Source of the DNA: a virus
Taxonomy: Duplodnaviria; Caudoviricetes
Length of the DNA stretch: 54,719 nt
IMG/VR virus record: IMGVR_UViG_3300046010_009690
Coordinates: 1 to 54,719 of that record
Reading direction: 5' to 3' (one strand)
In this document: one piece after another, positions 1 to 7,736 of the stretch
Layout of the letters: each line of letters begins with the position of its first letter
Position numbering within the stretch: position 1 is the stretch's first letter
Notes under the pieces: model-generated
Databases searched by the model: none
What the model saw: the letters and a program-made list of their open reading frames with translations, nothing else
Told to the model about the DNA's origin: nothing
Position numbers and translations under genes: made by a program

Positions 1-2043
1 GAAGCAGAGTTCCCCAACATTGGCGGCACGGTCACGCTGACTGCCGATCCGTACTTCGACTACACCACGCTGCTTCTGCCGGGTAACGGGACAAACGGAG
101 CGCAGAACAACACGTTCCTTGATAGCAGCACCAACAACTTCACGATCACCCGCAACGGCAACACGACGCAGGGTACGTTCTCGCCCTTCTCGCAGACGGG
201 GTGGGGGAACTATTTTGATGGGAGCGGGGATTACTTGACTGCGCCGGATAATACGGCGTTTGATTTTGGTAGCGGCGACTTTACTATTGAAATGTGGGTG
301 TATCCAACAGCAGTTGGGCAATCAAGTCTGACGTTGTTATACGCTAAACCAAACGGTAGCGGTTATAGCGGAATTGCTATCGGCCAAAGTGTTGGCGGCT
401 ATGGAGTGTTAATTTATTGTTCTTCTGACGGAACGACATGGGGGTTAGTAACCGGCGCATCTGCTGGCACAATGACAGCTAATGCGTGGAATCATGTTGC
501 GGTAAGTCGCTCAGGCTCTAATCTTCGCGCATTTGTTAATGGTGTTCTCGGCAGCACAAGCAATGTATCGACAACTGCATTGGTAACAACTACTACCGCA
601 GTTTCACTTGGAAGCAGTGCTGGAACTGCCAACACATTTTTGACTGGATATATGTCCAATGTTCGCGTTGTCAAAGGCACCGCTGTCTATACGGCCAACT
701 TCACGCCTCCAACTGCTCCGCTCACAGCCATCACCAACACCTCGTTGCTGACCTGTCAGAGCAACCGCTTCATTGACAACAGCACCAACGCCTTTGCCAT
801 CACGCGCAACGGTGATGTGTCTGTCCAAGCCTTCAGCCCGTTCAACCCCACGGCAGCGTGGAGTGCGGCGACGTATGGCGGGAGTGGGTATTTTGATGGG
901 AGCGGGGATTATCTGACGCTTTCCGGCAACCCGACGCTGACCACAAACTTTACGATTGAGTTTTGGTTTTATATGCCCTCTTGGGGCGACCGCGTGTTCT
1001 TGTCGCAGGGCGGCGGCGCAGGAAGTTTCAGCACTTCTAACGGCGTTGCTTTCCAAATCTATTCCACTTCCACGGTGTTCTATGTTCAATGGGCAAACGG
1101 TGCTGGCAGTTTTGACACCCTTTCTACTGCAACATCTGGGATTGCAACAAATGCTTGGCATCACGTTGCGATAGGCAATAACGGAACTACAACTCGGTTA
1201 TGGATTGATGGTGTATCGGCAGATTCAGACACCGGCACGCCAACATGGGGCGTTCCAACAACTCGCTCCACTTACATTGGTTACATTAGTTACGCATCGT
1301 CTTACGCTGGTTTTGGATATATGGCTGGTGTTCGGATGGTTACGTCCGATGTGTATGGAGCGAACAACTCAACCATTACAGTCCCGACTGCACCTCCAAC
1401 TGCCATCACCAACACCCAACTGCTCGCCAACTTCACCAACGCAGGCATCTACGACGCTACGTCCAAGAACGACCTTGAGACGGTGGGCAACGCGCAGATC
1501 AGCACAGCGCAGAGCAAGTTCGGCGGGTCGTCGATGTATTTCGATGGGACGGGGGATTACCTTTTATCAAACCCCGCAACAAGTAATCTTTATGGATTTG
1601 GTACTGGCGACTTCACAATCGAATTCTGGATTTATTGCAATACAACTGGATCAACACAGATTGTTTACGATGGAAGACCAGCAGGAATAAATGGAGATTA
1701 TGCGACTATATACAGAGACTCCACAAATGTGTTTGTCTTTCTAAATAACAACATATATCGAATAACTGGAACAACTAGTATTGCGGCAAATACTTGGTAT
1801 CACGTTGCTGTTTCTCGTTATGCTGGAAATACAAGATTATTTGTAAATGGAGTTCAAGACGGGTCTACGTATTCTGATTCAACAAACTATTTGGCAGTTG
1901 CAAATAGACCTGTAATTGGCGTTGGCGGTGGATTGGCTGCATTTTTCTTCAACGGCTACATCGACGACCTCCGCATCACCAAAGGCATCGCCCGTTACAC
2001 CAGCAACTTCACCCCGCCGACTACGGCGTTCCTGACTCTGTAA
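1..2043 (+). CDS. Tail fibre/receptor-binding protein with three LamG/concanavalin A-like domains (5' truncated)
   Basis: Frame is open from base 1 (EAEFPNIGG...). Three YFDGxGDYL-FTIExW-WxHVA LamG units; C-terminal GYIDDLRITKGIARYTSNFTPP. Confidence 0.85.
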   Translation, partial: EAEFPNIGGTVTLTADPYFDYTTLLLPGNGTNGAQNNTFLDSSTNNFTITRNGNTTQGTFSPFSQTGWGNYFDGSGDYLTAPDNTAFDFGSGDFTIEMWVYPTAVGQSSLTLLYAKPNGSGYSGIAIGQSVGGYGVLIYCSSDGTTWGLVTGASAGTMTANAWNHVAVSRSGSNLRAFVNGVLGSTSNVSTTALVTTTTAVSLGSSAGTANTFLTGYMSNVRVVKGTAVYTANFTPPTAPLTAITNTSLLTCQSNRFIDNSTNAFAITRNGDVSVQAFSPFNPTAAWSAATYGGSGYFDGSGDYLTLSGNPTLTTNFTIEFWFYMPSWGDRVFLSQGGGAGSFSTSNGVAFQIYSTSTVFYVQWANGAGSFDTLSTATSGIATNAWHHVAIGNNGTTTRLWIDGVSADSDTGTPTWGVPTTRSTYIGYISYASSYAGFGYMAGVRMVTSDVYGANNSTITVPTAPPTAITNTQLLANFTNAGIYDATSKNDLETVGNAQISTAQSKFGGSSMYFDGTGDYLLSNPATSNLYGFGTGDFTIEFWIYCNTTGSTQIVYDGRPAGINGDYATIYRDSTNVFVFLNNNIYRITGTTSIAANTWYHVAVSRYAGNTRLFVNGVQDGSTYSDSTNYLAVANRPVIGVGGGLAAFFFNGYIDDLRITKGIARYTSNFTPPTTAFLTL
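211..1559 (+). repeat. 23-nt direct repeat TATTTTGATGGGAGCGGGGATTA at the start of each LamG module
   Basis: Identical copies at 211-233 and 889-911; a variant with 3 mismatches at 1537-1559. Confidence 0.9.
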
Positions 2044-2051
2044 GGTGACTT

Positions 2052-2441
2052 ATGGCTCTGTATAGTTTCAAAGGCCACTACCCCGTCGAGCAGATCGACA
2101 ACAACAAGGGTTGGTACGAGGTTCCCGCCAAGCCGGAAGCACCAGAGGGTAAGCAGGTTGCGTGGGTAAACGCCGAGTGGGTCGTGCGTGACCCAAAGCC
2201 CGAGGATCGCCCCGGCTTTCAATGGAACTGGAACCACGGTGAAATGGCATGGGTGGAGTGCGAGTATCCGCAGACGGCGGAGGTCGTGACCCCTGACTTC
2301 TCGCTGGTCATTACCGACTCTGACTCCATCTCGACGGTGGTTGGATCGGAGCCGATTACTTTCGTAGCCTCCGGGTCTGATTCAATCAGCCTAGTAATTG
2401 ACTTTGTGACTTCGGATTCTGTGACTGGCGCTGCTGGGTGA
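2052..2441 (+). CDS. Hypothetical protein, possibly tail-fibre assembly associated
   Basis: RBS (AAGGTG) directly after the fibre gene; Trp/Pro-rich N-terminal half. Confidence 0.5.
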   Translation: MALYSFKGHYPVEQIDNNKGWYEVPAKPEAPEGKQVAWVNAEWVVRDPKPEDRPGFQWNWNHGEMAWVECEYPQTAEVVTPDFSLVITDSDSISTVVGSEPITFVASGSDSISLVIDFVTSDSVTGAAG

Positions 2442-2668
2442 TGACGATGGAAATGCAGGTTCTCTTCAATATTGTCGTAGGTATTGCCGGAGTATTCGGC
2501 GGCTGGATCTTGAACAACATTTCTCGTTCTATTGAAAAGCTGGATCAAGATGTCAGAAACATGCCGCTGACTTACGTGACGCAGAACCACTACCAGCGCG
2601 ATATTGACGAGATCAAATCCATGCTGCGACTTATCTTTGACCGACTTGAGAGCAAGCAAGACAAATGA
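2438..2668 (+). CDS. Small single-TM plus coiled-coil protein (lysis-cassette associated)
   Basis: N-terminal hydrophobic helix followed by a charged coiled coil; overlaps neighbouring genes. Confidence 0.55.
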   Translation: MMTMEMQVLFNIVVGIAGVFGGWILNNISRSIEKLDQDVRNMPLTYVTQNHYQRDIDEIKSMLRLIFDRLESKQDK

Positions 2669-3078
2669 GCGAACCAGTAGACATTGAGCTGTTCAAGGCG
2701 CAGGTTCAGGCTGAGTTGAATCGGCTTGAGGCTAAAGCATCGGCTAAGACCGTAGCAGGCAAGGCTATCGGCAAGGACGGCCTCAAGTACATCACGGCTA
2801 TCGTGGTGATTGGTGTCGTCTCTAGTCTGTTCCTTGATAATGACAAAATCGCCGCTGTGATGGGGCTACTCGGCGCTTCGCTGACTGCGCTCATTTCCAT
2901 GCTCAACGGCATCGCCGGAACGGTTGAGAAGGAAGAGAAGCCTGAGTTTGCGGTTATCAAAGAGCTGATTGCGAAGCTCGACCGGCTTGACCGCAAGGAG
3001 CAGCCGATGCGCGTGGACGTAGAAGGCGACCACGTAACCGTGACCAAAGGCGATGACGTCGTGAGGGCTTCGAAATGA
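2665..3078 (+). CDS. Two-TM membrane protein (holin/antiholin-like)
   Basis: Two hydrophobic segments (YITAIVVIGVVSSLFL; IAAVMGLLGASLTALISMLNGI); ATGA overlaps. Confidence 0.5.
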   Translation: MSEPVDIELFKAQVQAELNRLEAKASAKTVAGKAIGKDGLKYITAIVVIGVVSSLFLDNDKIAAVMGLLGASLTALISMLNGIAGTVEKEEKPEFAVIKELIAKLDRLDRKEQPMRVDVEGDHVTVTKGDDVVRASK

Positions 3079-3560
3079 TGACAATGGTTAGCACGTTTCT
3101 ATCGTTCTTGGCCGGTGGCCTGCCCAAGATTCTGCAAATCTTCCAAGATCGGCAGGACAAGAAACACGAACTAGCGTTGGTCGCCGCACAGAAGGAGCGG
3201 GAACTAGCCCTCGCTGAACGCGGCTTTATCGCACAAGCACGCGTAGAGGAAATCAAACTAGAGCAAATTCAGACGCAGACTGCTGCCGAGGAACGCCAAG
3301 CCCTTTACAGCCACGACGTAGAGATCGGCAAAGGCGCAAGCCAATGGATGATTAACCTGCGTGCCTCGGTGCGCCCGGTGGTGACGTACATTTTTGTGTT
3401 AGAGCTAGTCATTATCAACATCGCTGGTATGTGGTACGCGTGGAACCAAGGCGTACCGTTTGCGGTTGCGCTGGAAAACGTATTCTCTGAGGACGAGATG
3501 TTGATCCTGTCTTCAATCATAGCGTTTTGGTTCGGGACACAGGCTTTCGGCAAGAAGTGA
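3075..3560 (+). CDS. 3TM holin (GTA-holin-like family)
   Basis: SQWMINLRASVRPVVTY and IIAFWFG motifs; directly upstream of the lysozyme. Confidence 0.75.
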   Translation: MMTMVSTFLSFLAGGLPKILQIFQDRQDKKHELALVAAQKERELALAERGFIAQARVEEIKLEQIQTQTAAEERQALYSHDVEIGKGASQWMINLRASVRPVVTYIFVLELVIINIAGMWYAWNQGVPFAVALENVFSEDEMLILSSIIAFWFGTQAFGKK

Positions 3561-4045
3561 AAGTCAGCCCCGCCACTATCCAAATGATCAAGCACCATGA
3601 AGGGGTGAGGACTAAACCTTACCGCTGTCCGGCGCTTTTGTGGACGGTGGGCGTGGGCCATGTCATTGACCCGGCTCATATCGCGGTGAAGTATGAGGAG
3701 CGCAAGAATCTACCGATACCCGAAGGCTGGGATCGCGTCCTTACGATGGGAGAGGTGGATACTATTCTTGCTCAAGACCTTGGCCGGTTTGAGCGTGGTG
3801 TTCTTCGACTTTGCCCTGCTGTTTCTGGTCGCCAAGGACTCTTTGATTCTCTCGTATCTTTTGCCTTCAACGTGGGACTGGGGAATCTTCAGAGATCTTC
3901 TCTCCGGATGAAGACAAACCGGGGCGAACTGGAAGACGCAGCAGACGAGTTCCTCAAATGGACGAAGGCTGGGGGGCGTGTGTTGCCGGGTCTAGTTAAA
4001 CGCCGAAATGACGAACGCACACTGTATCTATTGGGGATCAAATAA
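3557..4045 (+). CDS. Endolysin, GH24 phage lysozyme
   Basis: IKHHEG..YRCPA..WTVGVGH, FAFNVGLG, GLVKRR motifs; GTG start overlapping the holin stop. Confidence 0.92.
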   Translation: MKVSPATIQMIKHHEGVRTKPYRCPALLWTVGVGHVIDPAHIAVKYEERKNLPIPEGWDRVLTMGEVDTILAQDLGRFERGVLRLCPAVSGRQGLFDSLVSFAFNVGLGNLQRSSLRMKTNRGELEDAADEFLKWTKAGGRVLPGLVKRRNDERTLYLLGIK

Positions 4046-4692
4046 TGCCCGCAGCGATGACATTCACCAGTCTGCAGTCTGATATCCGTAACTACCTTGA
4101 AAGGGGTGGTATCACGGACCCTATTGTATACGAGCAGATCCCCCGACTTATTACGTTGGCCGAGCGCCGGATTTCTCGAGAGTTGAAAATCCAGGGGTTC
4201 CAGACTGTGGTGAACACAACGATGCAAGCCAACCTCGCGGTCTATGCGAAACCCGACCGCTGGCGCGACACAATCAGCATCAACATCGGCACCGGGAACA
4301 ATAATAATACTCATACTCCCGTTTTTTCTAGAGCTTACGAATACGTTCGAAGCTATTGGCCGAATGAAACCGAAACCGGCCAACCGGAGTTCTACGCTGA
4401 CTATGACTACAAACATTGGATATTCACTCCGACACCGGATGCTGCTTACCCGATGGAGATTCTTTATTACGAGCTGCCGCCGCTATTGGATGACACCAAC
4501 CAGACTAACTGGTTGTCGGAATTCGCCCCCAATGTCCTGCTTTATGGGTCGTTGGTAGAGGCGACCCCTTTTGTGAAGGACGATCAGAGGGTACAATTGT
4601 GGCAGTCCTACTACGACCGGGCGCTGTCGGCTCTTAATGGGGAAGACCTGCAGAAGATTCTCGATCGTGCCGCCACTCGCCAAGAGGCCTAA
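4045..4692 (+). CDS. Head-tail adaptor / tail tubular protein A-like
   Basis: ITLAERRI, G.P..YA, TNWL..AP..LLYGSL motifs typical of podovirus adaptors. Confidence 0.7.
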   Translation: MPAAMTFTSLQSDIRNYLERGGITDPIVYEQIPRLITLAERRISRELKIQGFQTVVNTTMQANLAVYAKPDRWRDTISINIGTGNNNNTHTPVFSRAYEYVRSYWPNETETGQPEFYADYDYKHWIFTPTPDAAYPMEILYYELPPLLDDTNQTNWLSEFAPNVLLYGSLVEATPFVKDDQRVQLWQSYYDRALSALNGEDLQKILDRAATRQEA

Positions 4693-4695
4693 ACG

Positions 4696-5889
4696 ATGAC
4701 GACCTACACGAACACTTTCGGTGGCACCAATATTTACCCCAGTGACGTACAATACAGATACGTCTCACTGACTGTTGACCAAGCGCTGAGTTGGCCGCTC
4801 GAGACTGCGCCGACCACCGACGTTGTGGCGTCCATTATGGACGTTAATCCGACCACGACGAGTCTGGTCATCACAATGCCGGATGCCACCGAAGCGGGTA
4901 CCGGTCAGACGGTGCTTTTTAACAACGTTGGCTCTAACACGTTCACGGTCAAGACTAACACCGGGTCGCAAATTTGTGCTCCGCAGTCCGGTACGACTTT
5001 TCAGATTTATTTGACGAGCAACAGCACGGCTGCGGGTACGTGGCGTTCATTCCAATATGGCGCTTCCGCTTCGGCTACGAATGCATCTTCGCTGGCAGGA
5101 CTTGGCCTTAAAGCGATTGCCACGACACTGAACCAGTCGATCGAAGTAGCGTCTTTCAGCACGAATTACACGGCGGGCACCAGTGATCGCTCTAAGGCGT
5201 ACATTTGGACAGGTGGTGCAGGCACACTTTTCCTTTCGTCTGCGCCATCGCTGGGGAACGATTGGTTCTTGCAAGTGCGTAATGGCGGCACGGGCGATTT
5301 GACGATTGACCCGAACAGCTCTGAGAACATTAACGGCTCGAGCACGCTAACGCTTTCGCCGGGTGATTCGTGCATCATCGTTACAGATGGTGTCGAATTC
5401 TGGACGATTGGTTTTGGCCAGTCTGCGGTTTATGCCTTCAGCGTGTTGCAGATCGATATCGCGGGTAGCGGCGACTACACACTATCGACGGCCGAACTTA
5501 ACCGGACGGCTTACATTTTCACCGGCACGCTCACCGGCAACCGCGACGTTATTGTCCCGACGACAGCTCAGCAGTATTGGGTCAGCAACCAAACTAGCGG
5601 GTCGTACACGCTTGGGATTAAGACCGCTGCCCAGTCTCCCGCAGTTACGGTGGCTCAGGGTGCTCGCGCTATCCTGTATTGCGACGGCACCAATGTCGTG
5701 GATGCCGACACAGCAACGATTGCGATTCCGGTGACGGTGGCTCAAGGCGGTACGGGAGCAACGACAGCTTCAGGTGCAAGAACGAATTTAGGTGCTACAG
5801 CTATTGGTGATGCGGTCTTTACGGCAGCGAATACGACAGCGGCACAAATTGCGTTGGGTCTCGACCCGATTCAGGGTGGCACTTACTGA
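4696..5889 (+). CDS. Virion structural (tail) protein
   Basis: Thr/Ser/Gly-rich beta protein with the fibre motif VAQGGTGATTASGARTNLG. Confidence 0.65.
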   Translation: MTTYTNTFGGTNIYPSDVQYRYVSLTVDQALSWPLETAPTTDVVASIMDVNPTTTSLVITMPDATEAGTGQTVLFNNVGSNTFTVKTNTGSQICAPQSGTTFQIYLTSNSTAAGTWRSFQYGASASATNASSLAGLGLKAIATTLNQSIEVASFSTNYTAGTSDRSKAYIWTGGAGTLFLSSAPSLGNDWFLQVRNGGTGDLTIDPNSSENINGSSTLTLSPGDSCIIVTDGVEFWTIGFGQSAVYAFSVLQIDIAGSGDYTLSTAELNRTAYIFTGTLTGNRDVIVPTTAQQYWVSNQTSGSYTLGIKTAAQSPAVTVAQGARAILYCDGTNVVDADTATIAIPVTVAQGGTGATTASGARTNLGATAIGDAVFTAANTTAAQIALGLDPIQGGTY

Positions 5890-7499
5890 TGCCTTTGCAA
5901 CCGGTCGTTATTCGTTCGCAACCCGGAATCAAGCGGGACGGCACGAAGTTTGAAGGCAACTTTTACGTTGACGGCCAATGGTGTCGGTTTCAGCGCGGGT
6001 TGCCGAGAAAGATGGGCGGTTATCGTGCGCTGCAAGATCGGTTGGATGGTATTGCGCGTGGCATGCATATCCACAATCACAGTGGATTTGTGTACGTTCA
6101 TATTGGCACCAAAGATGGGGTGTTCCGATTTAGGTTAAACCAAAACGGTTTGAGCAGTATCGTCACAAATCGCACAGATCCGGCGTATGTGAGTAATGCT
6201 AATGCCAACTGGGTCTTTGATGTAGCTTTTAACACCACGACCAACCAAAATGAAATCTTGGCGCATGTAGCGTATGACATCGAAGACATATCGTCTGACG
6301 CTAATGGTGCGCTCTATCGCGGCTTTGACAATGGTACTGCGCCGCTTAGTCTGGAATCAGACGTTACGGTTTCTGGCGGCATTGTTGCGTTGGCTCCGTA
6401 TGTGTTTGCGTATGGCTCGGACGGTTTTGTGCAGTGGAGTCGTGCGGGATATACGGACGATTGGACAGGCGGCGATGCGGGTAACGCTCGGGTCACAAGC
6501 CAAAAGATCGTTAAGGGACTGCCGCTTCGTGCGGGTGCTGGTAATGCGCCGTCTGGACTCTTTTGGTCATTGGATTCGGTAGTACGCGCCAGTTATGTGG
6601 GCGGGGCAGCGGTATTTAATTTCGACACCATTACCTCGCAGTCAAGCATTCTCTCTGGGAAGAGTGTGATTGAGTACGATGGTTTGTACTTCTGGTGCGG
6701 TGTCGACCGCTTCTTGATGTTTAACGGTGTTGTGCGCGAAGTGCCGAATCAGCTCAACTTGAACTGGTTCTACGACAACCTGAACTACGCGCAACGTCAG
6801 AAAGTCTTTGCGTTCAAGGTGCCACGTTGGGGCGAAATCTGGTGGTGTTACCCGCGTGGAAGTGCGACTGAGTGCACGCATGCGGTGATTTACAACGTGC
6901 GTGAGGAGACTTGGTACGACACGGTGTTGCCCAACAGCGGGCGCTCTGCAGGTCAGTATGCACAGGTGTTTAATTCGCCGCTCGTGATTGGTGTTATTGA
7001 TACGGAGACCACGCAATTTCGTGGCGTTCAGAACACCGAACTTCGCATTACGGAGGACGGCAATCCGCGCATCATCAACGACCCCAAGGGTTATGTGGTG
7101 TGGCAACACGAATACGGCACAGATGAAATCAATGGCGATCAAATTCGCCCGGTGCAGTCATTTTTCGAAACGGCAGATATGTCATTGCTCTCCGGAGAGC
7201 AGCCGCAAAATATGGCACTGCGTGTAGAGTACATCGAACCCGACTTCGTGCAAGTGGGCAACATGACAGTACAAATCACCGGTCGCGCTAATGCTAAATC
7301 GGCAGAAGTGACAGGCGATCCGCAAATCATTTATGCTACACCAACCGAGCGCCAGCAACAGCTTGTATATTTCCGCGAAATTCGGCGCGAGATGCGCTTT
7401 CGGTTCGAAAGCAACACTCTCGGTGGCAGTTACCAGATGGGGCAAGTGATCGCGCATGTTGAACCGGCGACAGGAACAGTGCTCGGGGGCAACCCATGA
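5889..7499 (+). CDS. Tail nozzle / DNA-stabilisation protein (P22 gp10 / T7 gp12-like)
   Basis: 536 aa; N-terminal PGIKRDGT..RF..G.P.K.GG; EIWWCYP; lies just before the ejection genes. Confidence 0.7.
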   Translation: MPLQPVVIRSQPGIKRDGTKFEGNFYVDGQWCRFQRGLPRKMGGYRALQDRLDGIARGMHIHNHSGFVYVHIGTKDGVFRFRLNQNGLSSIVTNRTDPAYVSNANANWVFDVAFNTTTNQNEILAHVAYDIEDISSDANGALYRGFDNGTAPLSLESDVTVSGGIVALAPYVFAYGSDGFVQWSRAGYTDDWTGGDAGNARVTSQKIVKGLPLRAGAGNAPSGLFWSLDSVVRASYVGGAAVFNFDTITSQSSILSGKSVIEYDGLYFWCGVDRFLMFNGVVREVPNQLNLNWFYDNLNYAQRQKVFAFKVPRWGEIWWCYPRGSATECTHAVIYNVREETWYDTVLPNSGRSAGQYAQVFNSPLVIGVIDTETTQFRGVQNTELRITEDGNPRIINDPKGYVVWQHEYGTDEINGDQIRPVQSFFETADMSLLSGEQPQNMALRVEYIEPDFVQVGNMTVQITGRANAKSAEVTGDPQIIYATPTERQQQLVYFREIRREMRFRFESNTLGGSYQMGQVIAHVEPATGTVLGGNP

Positions 7500-7729
7500 G
7501 CCTTTTGACGGACCCACGCTATCACAAGTTGAAAGATTGGGCAGATTTTACGGTATTTGATCTTGAGAAATATGGTCCGATTGCGCGTTTGGAGAAAGAA
7601 ACCGAATGGCAGAATTGGGCTGCGGGCATCATTGGGATCAATGGCATTTCTCAACAAAATCCGCCGTCGCCGTACCAGTATGACAATTGGCGTGATTGGG
7701 CTTCTCGTTTCTACCAAGTTTTGGATTAG
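7496..7729 (+). CDS. Hypothetical Trp-rich virion-module protein
   Basis: 77 aa ORF coupled to the nozzle gene. Confidence 0.6.
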   Translation: MSLLTDPRYHKLKDWADFTVFDLEKYGPIARLEKETEWQNWAAGIIGINGISQQNPPSPYQYDNWRDWASRFYQVLD

Positions 7730-7736
7730 GTGAGCC

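Noticed and set aside
211-2043. Diversity-generating retroelement target
   Set aside because: No reverse transcriptase and no TR/VR pair differing only at adenines is visible in the window
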